DNA from: a virus
IMG/VR virus record: IMGVR_UViG_3300042545_001134
Location: 56,600-120,599 of that record
Length of the DNA stretch: 64,000 nucleotides
Strand: one strand, 5' to 3'
Every line of letters starts with the position of its first letter. Positions within the stretch are counted from its first letter, which is position 1. Positions 15,428 through 25,850 of the stretch are shown piece after piece. The notes below the pieces were generated by a model. The model was not told the origin of the DNA, did not search any database, and worked only from the letters and a program-made list of their open reading frames with translations. Made by a program: the position numbers and the translations under genes.

Positions 15428-16082
15428 CTAAGAACTTCTCCAATACTCTCTTTACATTAATCTCTTCGGGGTCATAGATGTCTCTAACAATATTATTCCC
15501 GTCAATTATGTGTGGTCGGGCGTAGTATGTTAACTTCTTAAATGAATCACCGTACTTGTGAAACTGTTCTTTGAATAACTCGGACGCCATCTCTTTAATT
15601 TTGATTTTAAATTGATAGTACTCGTCACCAATCTCTTTAGTCCACCCGTATTCCCAACTGGTAAACAAATAAACTTTCTTTTCTGATTTGTGGAAGAACG
15701 TAATGATTTTATCTTCTCCCGGTGAACCGGTGTTCCACTCTATCTTTTCTTCGTTGTTAGATTTATCTTCAATACCAAAGATTCCATTTGGTGTTACGAA
15801 CAAATAATCAGGAGATGACTTACTTCCGAATGGTTCGTGAATAACAAAGTATCCACCGCCCAATTTATCGGAGGTGAATACACTGTGGTCGTATTTGAAA
15901 TAGAAGTTTTTTAATTCGTCTTTATTCTTCTTATCTTCAATGTAGAATTGACCGTCTTTCAACCATGGTAATTCTAAGAACTTGGTCATCGTAAATGATT
16001 CTCTCTCTTTACTGTTCCAATCGTTCTCAATCTCGTTAACTATACCTGATAGTATACCTTTCAATTCTTCACTTTTTTTCAT
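15357..16082 (-). CDS. Hypothetical protein (241 aa)
   Basis: ORF-track frame. Confidence 0.45.
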   Translation of the reverse strand: MKKSEELKGILSGIVNEIENDWNSKERESFTMTKFLELPWLKDGQFYIEDKKNKDELKNFYFKYDHSVFTSDKLGGGYFVIHEPFGSKSSPDYLFVTPNGIFGIEDKSNNEEKIEWNTGSPGEDKIITFFHKSEKKVYLFTSWEYGWTKEIGDEYYQFKIKIKEMASELFKEQFHKYGDSFKKLTYYARPHIIDGNNIVRDIYDPEEINVKRVLEKFLDGEEHKPISRYRRAMEYIQGKLF

Positions 16083-16291
16083 TAAGATTCTCTTTCTTTT
16101 CTATCTATGTATCTATGTACAATAATTAACAATATCATTACGATTATACTTTGCTGTGCTGGTATTGGTAAAAACATCACTAACGCCATGCAGATACCAT
16201 AAAGAAAATCGTTCCAATCCTTCTTGATGAGTGACCCTAAAATATAGAGACCCCATATAATTCCAATCACTATGTTGAAGACTACTAACAT
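16082..16291 (-). CDS. Small membrane protein (69 aa)
   Basis: Two hydrophobic helices. Confidence 0.4.
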   Translation of the reverse strand: MLVVFNIVIGIIWGLYILGSLIKKDWNDFLYGICMALVMFLPIPAQQSIIVMILLIIVHRYIDRKERES

Positions 16292-16385
16292 TGTTCCAAA
16301 TATAAAAGATTATTTTGAATATTCCAAATAATACCCTGATTTTTTTCAAAATCGGTATATATATGGATTATAAAAACTTATAACA

Positions 16386-16790
16386 TTGGACAAAATAGAA
16401 GTATTTGAACCCTATCATCAACACCTATTATTAAAGTGTTGGATGACTAATCCTCCTAAGAAGGAAGAACAACTAAATAAATGGTTTATACACCTCGTAG
16501 ATTCGGTTGGAATGAGGGTAGTTGCTGGGCCAACCAGTGTCTATGTATCCGACCCAGGTAATGAGGGGTTAACGGGAACCGTAACATTAGCCACATCACA
16601 CGGGTCAATACACATTTGGGACCATTATGAGTTACCAATGGCACAGTTTGACATCTACAGTTGTAAATGTTTTAACTTGGGTACCGTATTAAAGTGTTTT
16701 GAACCTTTCGGTATGGTAAAGGCAGAATGGGTTATGATTGACAGGAATGGTAGTCCTGTAATCACCGAATCGGGAGTGTGGGAAGGTTAA
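16386..16790 (+). CDS. speH: S-adenosylmethionine decarboxylase proenzyme (SpeH/SpeD class 1b-like)
   Basis: TLATSHGSIHIWDH and DIYSCK match the AdoMetDC pyruvoyl cleavage region (ESH..SIHTWPE) and the DIFTCG motif. Confidence 0.55.
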   Translation: MDKIEVFEPYHQHLLLKCWMTNPPKKEEQLNKWFIHLVDSVGMRVVAGPTSVYVSDPGNEGLTGTVTLATSHGSIHIWDHYELPMAQFDIYSCKCFNLGTVLKCFEPFGMVKAEWVMIDRNGSPVITESGVWEG

Positions 16791-16877
16791 TTTATTTATA
16801 TTTTCCGAATAAATCTATGTAATATTGGTGGTGTTCTCAATATAGGGGCGGTGATATTTATATATAAATAAAAAATT

Positions 16878-17438
16878 ATGGGTGGAGATATACGTAAAAT
16901 GATTGATAAAGTAAAAAACTTTAAACATTTTGTGAATGAAAGATTGGAATTAGGTAGTCAAGAAAGAATTCATCTAAGTAAAACACCAATTGATAAAATT
17001 GAAAACGGAGTTAAAAATCAAGATGTTCACGGAAAACCGGGAGGTTTATGGTATGGATTCGGTGATAATTGGATTAATTTTAAAAAATATGGTGTTACTT
17101 GGGATACCAAGGAAAACGTACCATTAAAGGGTGTGATGAATAGTGAGGTTTATATTTATAAATTATATTTAGATATGAGTGAAATTATGATTCTGAATAC
17201 AGAAGATTTATTTAAAGAGTTTACAGAAAAATATAGTACACACCAAAATTATCCACACAATATTAATTGGGATTTAGTTTCAAAAAAATATAAAGGTATC
17301 GAGTTTCCAAATTATGAAGAGATTGGTGTTAGAAATTTACATCAAGAATCAAAAGAATATTATTGGGCATATACCATTGATGCAAATTCTGGTTGCATTT
17401 GGGATGTATCAGCAATAAAAAAATTTAGATTATTATAA
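16878..17438 (+). CDS. Hypothetical protein (186 aa)
   Basis: ORF-track frame. Confidence 0.45.
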   Translation: MGGDIRKMIDKVKNFKHFVNERLELGSQERIHLSKTPIDKIENGVKNQDVHGKPGGLWYGFGDNWINFKKYGVTWDTKENVPLKGVMNSEVYIYKLYLDMSEIMILNTEDLFKEFTEKYSTHQNYPHNINWDLVSKKYKGIEFPNYEEIGVRNLHQESKEYYWAYTIDANSGCIWDVSAIKKFRLL

Positions 17439-17457
17439 AAAATTGTGGATGAAGATA

Positions 17458-18177
17458 TTAATGAGAAATAACTAACTCATCTCTAAGTTTCGCGGCCATT
17501 TCATAGTTCTCATCTGCAACCGCAATGAGTAATCTCTCTTGGAGTTCCTGTTTTGATTCTCCAGATAAATCTTCTTGAATTGGTTCTCTTTCTTCTTGTA
17601 GAATGGAAACCCACGCCTTCAAATAAAGAATAACATTCCCCTTTTTAGAATAGTAGTTGTGGTCTTGAGTGGTTGTGGTAACCATTTTCTTCACTTCAAC
17701 CATTTTGGTTCTTCCAAACAATCTACCGAAGAAAGTATTAACTGGGATATAATCGTAATGGTCAAATACTTCAGTTGTTACTTTATGATGGGTAGATATC
17801 CCTGAACGTTTTAATATTGCGGAATTTTCCAAATACTCTAAGTGTGCGATGTCATCAGTAGTTAATCCAGCATCGTTTAAATCGTCGAAAATCTGTTTCA
17901 TTGGTACTCCCGTTATTGGGCACCATGCACTTATAAGGCTCTTCCAAGTTTTTGCCACCTCAGGTTTATCTTTAACCTTCTCAAAGATTGAGTGTGTAAA
18001 GATATCCTCATCTTTAAGTCGTTGTTTCAACTCGGTACCTGTTATCCCTAACATTGCTTGAGATACAACACCACAGTTACAACTTTCTTGTTCCTGCCAA
18101 TTGTAAATTACTGTTCCATTTTCAAGTGCTCTGATTGCACCCATTAAAGATTTGGTTAATTTTTCTTTACGGTTCAT
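17458..18177 (-). CDS. Hypothetical protein with C-terminal UVR motif
   Basis: C-terminus NYEMAAKLRDELV resembles the UvrB/UvrC UVR domain. Confidence 0.45.
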   Translation of the reverse strand: MNRKEKLTKSLMGAIRALENGTVIYNWQEQESCNCGVVSQAMLGITGTELKQRLKDEDIFTHSIFEKVKDKPEVAKTWKSLISAWCPITGVPMKQIFDDLNDAGLTTDDIAHLEYLENSAILKRSGISTHHKVTTEVFDHYDYIPVNTFFGRLFGRTKMVEVKKMVTTTTQDHNYYSKKGNVILYLKAWVSILQEEREPIQEDLSGESKQELQERLLIAVADENYEMAAKLRDELVISH

Positions 18178-18188
18178 AGTATGTAGAT

Positions 18189-19061
18189 TTATAATATTTC
18201 TTTTAAAGTTATTTCTTGTGGTGAATTTATAATTTTAGGACCTTCTCTAAACCATTTAGTGATGATGTTTTTTTCACCCGAGATAACCGGTAGTCCGCAA
18301 TGTTTTGCGTATTCATTTGGTTTTCCATTTCTTAAAATATTAGACCAAACAACGGCAGTTCCGGTATTCGGAATTAATGTTTTATCGATTTTTGTGAAGT
18401 GTGTTTCACCACCCTCTTCCACATCATTAAGATAAACCATGAATGTCCACGTTCTTTGACCAAGATTAACTAACCCCACTTTATTGGGTTCGTAATTCTC
18501 ATCAAAATAATCACCGTGTTCTTTAAATTGTTGACCAACTAGATACTTCTGACCTTGTGGTATTTCACCCAACTCGTGGGGTAATTTCATAAACGAATGT
18601 ATCTTATCATTTACGGATTTATAGATTGGATTATCTAAAAACATATCACAGGTTGAACTGGTTCTAACGTCTTCAACATTAGTATTTGTAACCACTGTTG
18701 ATTGTCTCAACTTACCAACCATCTGTTCTATTAACTCCCCACATTCTTCACCCGATAAGAAGTTTGGTATTGTATAAATTTCCAAAAACTCAGTCTCGAT
18801 TCTATAAACACCTGAGTTATCACACAACGGTTTATAGAGAGGTTGAATGGTAAATGGTGGTGTTTCATTAAGGGCTACTTGGGTATCCTTTCTTTTTTGT
18901 ATCAAAGGATTTGAAGGTGTCATATCTAATTCTTTAGAAATTAAATCATATTCAAATCCATGATTTAATAATACGTTAAAGATATTTTCTTTACCTAAAC
19001 CATTTACTACGTTTGTCCAAATCCAAACTTTCCATTCCGGTGATAAACTTTTGATAATCAT
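18189..19061 (-). CDS. 2OG-Fe(II) oxygenase, prolyl 4-hydroxylase-like
   Basis: HGDYFDE..TWTFMVYLNDVEEGGETHF is a P4Hc-like H-x-D..H pattern. Confidence 0.55.
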   Translation of the reverse strand: MIIKSLSPEWKVWIWTNVVNGLGKENIFNVLLNHGFEYDLISKELDMTPSNPLIQKRKDTQVALNETPPFTIQPLYKPLCDNSGVYRIETEFLEIYTIPNFLSGEECGELIEQMVGKLRQSTVVTNTNVEDVRTSSTCDMFLDNPIYKSVNDKIHSFMKLPHELGEIPQGQKYLVGQQFKEHGDYFDENYEPNKVGLVNLGQRTWTFMVYLNDVEEGGETHFTKIDKTLIPNTGTAVVWSNILRNGKPNEYAKHCGLPVISGEKNIITKWFREGPKIINSPQEITLKEIL

Positions 19062-19331
19062 TTTTATTTATATTGATTGAATAAATCTATGTAATAATCC
19101 ACCTTTTCGGGACGGACTGTCATTGAGAAATAAAATTGTTTTTCTTTAATTCCTTTTGGGAATTTTGTGCGCATTAGATTAAATAACTCTCTTCTTTCGA
19201 CAGTAGGGTTATGATATTCGTGTTTCATTTTTTTGTTTATAAACTACAATATACAATAACAGAAACAAGTACCATCCACAGTACGAGTACTCCGGCAATT
19301 GCCCAATCCGTAGATTTCCAATTCTTCATTT

Positions 19332-19619
19332 TTATAAACTTTTTAAATGGCAGTATCGATTCGCCGCCACGATTATCTTGAGGTTTTTCAGACAGTCTTG
19401 GTCTGCACGGTTGACTGCCTCGAATAAATTGTTATCAACGATTGACTGAACAAAACTCCCACCCATCGGACCAACACCATCTCGAGTTACCATCACTGAT
19501 ACAATGATATCAATAATGTGTTCACTTACATTTACTTCGTACTTTTTTACAAACTCTCTTGCGGTTTCGTAAAATTTGTTTCCTCTATCTATCATAACTA
19601 TTTTGTTTTTAATTATCAA
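19332..19619 (-). CDS. Hypothetical protein (95 aa)
   Basis: ORF-track frame. Confidence 0.4.
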   Translation of the reverse strand: MIIKNKIVMIDRGNKFYETAREFVKKYEVNVSEHIIDIIVSVMVTRDGVGPMGGSFVQSIVDNNLFEAVNRADQDCLKNLKIIVAANRYCHLKSL

Positions 19620-20088
19620 ACCAAAAAACTACTCTAAATCCATTTTCTTTAATCGTATGTCGATTGTCATCATCAATCCAAAACTCATTTTTAAATCTTT
19701 CATTCATTGGGTTAACAAAAAAAGATAATGTTTCAATAAGTTCTTTATTATCTGAATTATTGTAAATGTAATCTTTGAGTTCTTTCATTGTATAGTAAGA
19801 AGGTGTATGTACCTCATCCCATTTTTCATACTCTCTTTTGGTAACGTCACTCACATCTTCAGGTAAACCTCTCGGCTCCTTAATTGGGTCTTCAGAACTT
19901 CTCACACCAGCAAGTATTCCGAACAACTCATAATTTCTTCCAATGTAAAATGAAACTTGGTCGTATTCATTTTTAGAGTCGTCCAACCCAAAGTGTGGAT
20001 TTATTTGCCAGTAGTCAACGTTGACCCATTTATTTTCACCGTTAATCGATGTGTATTTTTCTAAGTAACTATGTATATCGCATCCCAT
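19609..20088 (-). CDS. Hypothetical protein (159 aa)
   Basis: ORF-track frame. Confidence 0.45.
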   Translation of the reverse strand: MGCDIHSYLEKYTSINGENKWVNVDYWQINPHFGLDDSKNEYDQVSFYIGRNYELFGILAGVRSSEDPIKEPRGLPEDVSDVTKREYEKWDEVHTPSYYTMKELKDYIYNNSDNKELIETLSFFVNPMNERFKNEFWIDDDNRHTIKENGFRVVFWFDN

Positions 20089-20133
20089 ATTTCAAATATA
20101 ATTAATTTTTTCCAATTATTCGGTTTTACCAAA

Positions 20134-21015
20134 TTAAACTTTTAATTTTTTTATTATTATTTCCGCAGTTGCTCTCGGACTCAAAAATTCTTCGTAAAAT
20201 TTTTTATTATTTAATCCCATTTGTTCCAATTTTTTAGGATTTTTGAGTAAGTTTCGTGCGATTTTAATTCCATCACTCCAATTTTCTACTTTTATAACTG
20301 GAATATTTTTATAGTATTCCCTATCGGGTAATTCTTCTGTTATAACTACACAACCATACTTCATGGCCTCATACAATCTAAATGTTTCTGAATTTGTCCA
20401 ACCTCTTGGACAAAGTGCTATTTTACTATGTTGTAAAAAGTATTGGTATAATTCCGAGTCCATTCCTTTGTTAAAATCTTCGTTGAATTGAAACAAATCT
20501 CTATTCCATTTCCATTGAAGGATTTTATTCAAAATTTTCAAAGTTTTATTTTTGTAGAATGATAATCCCATGGATAACCAAAACTTACGAATACCACTCA
20601 ACTCACTTGCCAATACCAATCGGTTTCTATTTAAACAACCAATAAAAGATATGTTGTATAGTCTTTCACCCATTGGTATTATTTCGGAATTTATACTTTC
20701 AGTAAAATAACCCAAAGGTATTGATGTTGTATTTTTGGTATTCCAATAGTAATTTGAAAAAATATGAGTGTAATCGTTTTTTATCTCATTTATATTATTT
20801 CTTTTGTTTTCACTACTATGCCAAATTAAAACTTTTTTGGAATGATTGATTCGTTTGGGTAGTGGAGTAGGAGTTTTACTTCCATTAGTAGAATACATCA
20901 CAAACAAAAATTCATCAAAATTTTTAAGTTTCTTTTTTAGATACTTAAACATTTCTCCCGTGTACCCTCCTTTGTATTTTTGCTCATTACCCAACTCATC
21001 AATAACATTTTTCAT
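20134..21015 (-). CDS. Glycosyltransferase, exostosin (GT47)-like C-terminal domain
   Basis: CPRGWTNSETFRLYEAMKYGCVVI resembles the exostosin CPRG..EAL..GCIPV region. Confidence 0.4.
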   Translation of the reverse strand: MKNVIDELGNEQKYKGGYTGEMFKYLKKKLKNFDEFLFVMYSTNGSKTPTPLPKRINHSKKVLIWHSSENKRNNINEIKNDYTHIFSNYYWNTKNTTSIPLGYFTESINSEIIPMGERLYNISFIGCLNRNRLVLASELSGIRKFWLSMGLSFYKNKTLKILNKILQWKWNRDLFQFNEDFNKGMDSELYQYFLQHSKIALCPRGWTNSETFRLYEAMKYGCVVITEELPDREYYKNIPVIKVENWSDGIKIARNLLKNPKKLEQMGLNNKKFYEEFLSPRATAEIIIKKLKV

Positions 21016-21054
21016 ATTTTTAATATAATTAAAGTTTTTTAAAAAACAAAATGA

Positions 21055-22320
21055 TTACACCATTGAGTTGTAATATGTGTGTGATTTTATGATTGCGTTT
21101 TCAATAACACCAATGATACTGGTAAGGTTAAATTCATCAATATTACCAATTGAAATTCTAAACCAACCCTTGTTTTCTTTTGAACCAAAGTATTCAAATG
21201 GTACAATACCCAAACCACACGTATTGATTAAGTAGGATATGTAATCCTCAGTATTGGCAAATGAGTGAGTGTATTCTATATAAACTGAAATGTATATTCC
21301 ACCTTCAGGTCTTTGACAGTCAACTCTGAATCCTTTACCTTTCATCTTATCAAACATATCACAAATAGAATGTGTAATGTGTTTGTATTTGGTGGTAACA
21401 TTTTGAGTGTGGTGGGTGAACTCAGGTAAAGTATCTGACATAAATTTACCAACCGCATTTTGTTCCGCCTTTGGTGCCCACGCTCCGATGTGTGAAAATA
21501 TCTCGGTTAGTTTTCCAATAATATCTTTAGGTCCAAACGCCCAACCAACACGAACACCGGTTGCATTAAGTGACTTGGAGATACCATCAACACAAATCAA
21601 ATAATCTTTAATCTCAGGACATAGTGTTAATGGATGAACAAACAAATCATCTTGAGTTAAATCAGAATAGATTTGGTCAAAGAAAAGGTACAGAGGTCTC
21701 GAATTTATGTGGTCTTTCCTAACGTTATTTTCATTTACAATTAAATCACAAATATCTTTTAAAACTTCAGGGTCTATAACACGACCTGTTGGGTTCTGTG
21801 GTGAACAAATACAAACCAATGATGTGGTCCTTTTAATTTTAACGTCAATATCCATTACACTCGGGAAGAATGAGTTCTCAGGTTTACATTCGATAACATC
21901 TTTAACCGCATTATGTAAGAATGAGTAGTGATTGTTATTCCACGATGGAACCGGATAAATAACAGAGTCACCATCATTTACGGTACCTTTGAATATGGTA
22001 TAGATTAATGGTCGAACACCTCCACCAATTAATATCTCTTCGGGTGAATAGTCAATGTCGTGTTTTGTTTTCATGTAATCACTAACCGACTTTCTCAAAT
22101 CTAGTTCTCCCTGTGATGCCGGATAGTTGGTTAGGTCTTCGTTGTACGCATCTTGAATGAAAAACTTTAACCTCTCAGGTATTGGCCATTTCTTCGAATC
22201 AAAATCACCTATTGTTAAATTGGCAACGGGTTTAGTTTTTGATATTTCTTTAATTTGTTGTGAGATTTTAATAATCTCTGAGCCGATGATTCCGTTTCCA
22301 ATTTTCGATAATCTTTTCAT
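21055..22320 (-). CDS. PLP-dependent aminotransferase (class I/II fold)
   Basis: GISKSLNATGVRVGW lysine region and overall AAT-like pattern. Confidence 0.6.
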   Translation of the reverse strand: MKRLSKIGNGIIGSEIIKISQQIKEISKTKPVANLTIGDFDSKKWPIPERLKFFIQDAYNEDLTNYPASQGELDLRKSVSDYMKTKHDIDYSPEEILIGGGVRPLIYTIFKGTVNDGDSVIYPVPSWNNNHYSFLHNAVKDVIECKPENSFFPSVMDIDVKIKRTTSLVCICSPQNPTGRVIDPEVLKDICDLIVNENNVRKDHINSRPLYLFFDQIYSDLTQDDLFVHPLTLCPEIKDYLICVDGISKSLNATGVRVGWAFGPKDIIGKLTEIFSHIGAWAPKAEQNAVGKFMSDTLPEFTHHTQNVTTKYKHITHSICDMFDKMKGKGFRVDCQRPEGGIYISVYIEYTHSFANTEDYISYLINTCGLGIVPFEYFGSKENKGWFRISIGNIDEFNLTSIIGVIENAIIKSHTYYNSMV

Positions 22321-22349
22321 TGTTTTTTATGGGTCTTTATGTTTTAAGT

Positions 22350-22853
22350 TTATTCGTAATTTTCACTGAAAGTCTTATTCAACCCATTAATAACATTTTG
22401 TTGTTTATCTTTCAATGCATTATCGATTAAATACTTTTCATTTTCTATTGCCCACAATCTTTCGTAATTTTCATCCAAAGTACCTTCTATTGTTTCAATA
22501 TCCTTTTTCTTACACAAGTAAATAGTGTCATCATTTTGATAACCGTAAGTTAAAAATTCAACGGGATAAATCAAGAAAAGGGATAAAATTTGATGACCTT
22601 CTCTTTGATAATACTTTAAAGACCATTTTTTTATGTAAAATACGGAACCATCCCAATTATTCTCAGTTAACTCATAAATTGGGTTGACTTTGGTTCGGTA
22701 TTTCTCAGATATTTTAAACTTGTGTACATATTTTATCTTATCGTATAATGATAATTTGTTTAATAACGCGTACACAAGTATTCCGAATACTAACAATATC
22801 GATAATAACAGGAAACCTCCAAGTATTAATGTAGCAAAATCTGATAGTGTCAT
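22350..22853 (-). CDS. Membrane-anchored hypothetical protein (167 aa)
   Basis: N-terminal transmembrane helix. Confidence 0.45.
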   Translation of the reverse strand: MTLSDFATLILGGFLLLSILLVFGILVYALLNKLSLYDKIKYVHKFKISEKYRTKVNPIYELTENNWDGSVFYIKKWSLKYYQREGHQILSLFLIYPVEFLTYGYQNDDTIYLCKKKDIETIEGTLDENYERLWAIENEKYLIDNALKDKQQNVINGLNKTFSENYE

Positions 22854-22874
22854 AATAGTTTTATTTTAAATTGT

Positions 22875-23669
22875 TTAACTTAAAGAGTTAGGTAAGTATA
22901 GTAATGTTGGATTCTTTTTTTGTATATCTAATTCGGGATAGTTCTCTTTGAATTTCATAACATCAAACTTTTTAGTAATTAAGTGATGACCATTCTTAGT
23001 TGGAATAACCGCCTCGAGTTTCGGTCCCACTTTATAACCTATTGGCATACCCGCACTGTCGAACTCAACTTCAGTAATTGGTTTACATTCGTATTCAATA
23101 AATGCAACCATAAGAGGACTCATTTCTTTTATGTCATCAACATCAATAATCCATCTCTTCTCCTGTGTTTTAATTTGACCAACAACTGAATCAAATAACC
23201 CCTTTTGGTTGTGTTGACCATTCTGAATACGTTGTGCCAAATCAACCATCATGTTTAATGACACATCAAAATGGTTTTGTTTCTGAACGTGGATGTACGC
23301 TCTCGCCTTAAACATCTCACAGAGTTGTTTAATCTCTTCATACCTACGTTCAAGATGTTCGATACTTTCAATACAGTAAGTCTTAATTGTCCTTACCGAT
23401 TGGTGATTATCTCTTTCACCTTCGGGTTGGTCTTTCTTACGTTTAAAAACATATAACATGTAGAAGTCCCCACTTTTTTCAAAGTTCAAGAGAGGTCTAA
23501 TTAAATCTATATTGTCCATACTACTTTGTTTATTGTTTGTCATTCTTTTTTCTTTTAACCATTCGTTTAATGATTCACTTGTTTCGTTACTTAACGCATT
23601 GTCAAGTTTTTCTTCGAGTTTGTTTAAGTCTAAGTTGCTCACTATTGTTCCATTGTTGGTTTTAACCAA
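22875..23669 (-). CDS. Hypothetical protein (264 aa)
   Basis: ORF-track frame. Confidence 0.45.
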   Translation of the reverse strand: MVKTNNGTIVSNLDLNKLEEKLDNALSNETSESLNEWLKEKRMTNNKQSSMDNIDLIRPLLNFEKSGDFYMLYVFKRKKDQPEGERDNHQSVRTIKTYCIESIEHLERRYEEIKQLCEMFKARAYIHVQKQNHFDVSLNMMVDLAQRIQNGQHNQKGLFDSVVGQIKTQEKRWIIDVDDIKEMSPLMVAFIEYECKPITEVEFDSAGMPIGYKVGPKLEAVIPTKNGHHLITKKFDVMKFKENYPELDIQKKNPTLLYLPNSLS

Positions 23670-24376
23670 AGAGTATTATCTTTGAAGATGTAGTTCCTTA
23701 ATGCTGGGTATTCATGTAATGTCTTCAATGTTTTAACGGTATCGTGTTTAAAACATTTGAATAATTCCTCTCTAATTCTTTCAGTTGATACAACACCCAT
23801 CTTACCAACATAATCATAATCTTGCATAATACTATCCATCGCCGGTCCTATCCAAAATCCTTTGGTTATACAGAACCTGATTGCTCTCAGAATACGAAGT
23901 GGGTCGTCATCAAATGTATCGGTACATGGTAATGGTGTACGAAGATACCCTCTCTTTAAATCCTCAATCCCATTAAAGTAATCTATGATATTCCCATCAC
24001 CGTCTTTTGCCAACGCGTTCAATGTAAAATCCCTACGTTCTAAATCGTCATATAAGGTCCCTGGTTTAACGATAGGTATTCGGGTACCACTTATGTATCC
24101 AACTTCCTTTCGAGCCATTACGAAGTCTGCAACACCTTGGTAACGGTGTCCCTCAGGGAACCGTGCTCTAATGGTGAAACATGATGGTGTTTCCAAGAAT
24201 ATTTCAAACTTTTCAGAGACAAGATAATAGTGTAAAACCGTGAACATATCCTCCGCCTCAGTGTATAAATCCAATAAAGATTGGGTGGGTACTGCAACAT
24301 AATCCACATCTTTAGATGTTAACCCCAAGATTTCGTCCCTTACTTTTCCCCCAACTTCGTAAAATGTAAAACTCAT
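23642..24376 (-). CDS. tRNA nucleotidyltransferase / poly(A) polymerase head-domain protein (CCA-adding type)
   Basis: GGKVRDEILGLTSKDVDYV matches the GGxVRD..D.D motif of class II nucleotidyltransferases. Confidence 0.6.
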   Translation of the reverse strand: MSFTFYEVGGKVRDEILGLTSKDVDYVAVPTQSLLDLYTEAEDMFTVLHYYLVSEKFEIFLETPSCFTIRARFPEGHRYQGVADFVMARKEVGYISGTRIPIVKPGTLYDDLERRDFTLNALAKDGDGNIIDYFNGIEDLKRGYLRTPLPCTDTFDDDPLRILRAIRFCITKGFWIGPAMDSIMQDYDYVGKMGVVSTERIREELFKCFKHDTVKTLKTLHEYPALRNYIFKDNTLWLKPTMEQ

Positions 24377-24437
24377 AATATTTTTTATGGTACAAATATA
24401 AGAGATTACTTCGAATATTCCAAATTATTTGTAAATA

Positions 24438-24466
24438 AAAAACCCCCATAAACTATGAGGGTTTTA
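24438..24466 (-). terminator. Rho-independent terminator (minus strand)
   Basis: Minus strand CCCUCAU-aguuu-AUGGGGG followed by UUUUU, downstream of gene 24582-25148. Confidence 0.55.
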
Positions 24467-24581
24467 ATTCTAAAAAACAAATTTAACCAATATGACAGAA
24501 AGTGCGGTAGTCACCGATACACATACTCAGGGTAGTGTTATGATAATGATAACAAATTCTATTTGGTTTTTAAAGTCATTT

Positions 24582-25148
24582 TTAAAATAATTCTTTTAGT
24601 TTGTGTTTTTCTATCACATCTTTCAATGAGGTAACATATTTGTCCCCCGACTCGGCGTAACTACCACTGAGGTAAGTGAAATATTCCTGTTCGTTACGAA
24701 TAGATGAAAGGTATCGACATTGATAGAATGCGTAATCGTAAACAGATTCATACCAGTTCTCATAGTATGCATGACCATTCTGTGTACCCTTAGCGGTGTT
24801 GATTCGAATAGTTGCCTGTTTCATTCCAAATAAGTTGTGGTTCTCTTTGAATATGTTACTTTTAAATGCACCTGTCTCAAGAATAGATTGTGCCATTACT
24901 ATATGAGGAAAACGAACATTCAATCGTTTAAGTTCATCGGCAAATTTATCTTCAGTGAATTCATTTTTTTGTTGGTCGAGACTAACAACCAATAGTTCCA
25001 TTTCATGTTCATCTAATGTTGTGAACCTATAGAATCTACCAAGTAGGAACGTTGCGAACATTAAGACCACAACGACTGATAATGCAATCTTTGTTTTCTT
25101 TAAATCTTTCCTCCACACTAATGTATTTGTATCAAATTTATAAAACAT
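24582..25148 (-). CDS. Peptidoglycan hydrolase, glucosaminidase (FlgJ C-domain-like) with N-terminal TM anchor
   Basis: FPHIVMAQSILETGAFKSNIFKENHNLFGMK matches the glucosaminidase PF01832 core. Confidence 0.6.
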   Translation of the reverse strand: MFYKFDTNTLVWRKDLKKTKIALSVVVVLMFATFLLGRFYRFTTLDEHEMELLVVSLDQQKNEFTEDKFADELKRLNVRFPHIVMAQSILETGAFKSNIFKENHNLFGMKQATIRINTAKGTQNGHAYYENWYESVYDYAFYQCRYLSSIRNEQEYFTYLSGSYAESGDKYVTSLKDVIEKHKLKELF

Positions 25149-25425
25149 AATTTTAGGTTTTTAGGGTTAAACAAACATCGGACCAAACTCAATTGTTCAA
25201 TTTACTGTAATGAAATTCATAATATTCCTTACTCATTAAATGACCAACGATAATCTTGGTCATCCTTAACGCCTCGTCAAACGTTTCGTAGTAAAACGTT
25301 TTACCATTGTCGGTGACAATTACCCAATTCTTTATATTTTTTAGGTCATTCATTGTGAATAGTTTTAAACTTCACTACAAATATAGTAAGGTTTTTGGAA
25401 TATCCAAAAAAAATTAAAAATATTT

Positions 25426-25839
25426 TTAAATTCTAGAATTTAGTTCCCGAGTAAGTCTCTCACGAACTTTATCACTAATTGGTATTGCGTTACCATCCTC
25501 GTCAACACGAACAAAGGTGATGTTGGTGGATAGTATAACATCTTCTTCGTGTGTGTACACGTTGAACGACCTTGCCTCCAAGTAAAGTGTTATAGATGTG
25601 TTACCAATTTTAACAACATCACCATATATTTTAAGTAACGAACCTTCTCTTGCTGGTTTTTTAAAAATACATTTATCGATACAGATGGTTACCATTCGTC
25701 TATTGTGACAAATCTCCATCGCATACGATGCAGCTGATGAGTCTATCCAACTAGTAAGTTTGCCCCCGAAGAGGTTCCCATGAAATCCTAAATCCGATTT
25801 CTTAATTGGGTGTGTGTTGATTAAGTTCAATTTGTTCAA
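25426..25839 (-). CDS. Acyl-CoA thioesterase, hotdog fold (YciA-like)
   Basis: HGNLFGGKLTSWIDSSAASYAMEICHNRRMVTICIDKCIFKKP..GNTSITLYLE aligns with YciA. Confidence 0.7.
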   Translation of the reverse strand: MNKLNLINTHPIKKSDLGFHGNLFGGKLTSWIDSSAASYAMEICHNRRMVTICIDKCIFKKPAREGSLLKIYGDVVKIGNTSITLYLEARSFNVYTHEEDVILSTNITFVRVDEDGNAIPISDKVRERLTRELNSRI

Positions 25840-25850
25840 GATTATTTTAT

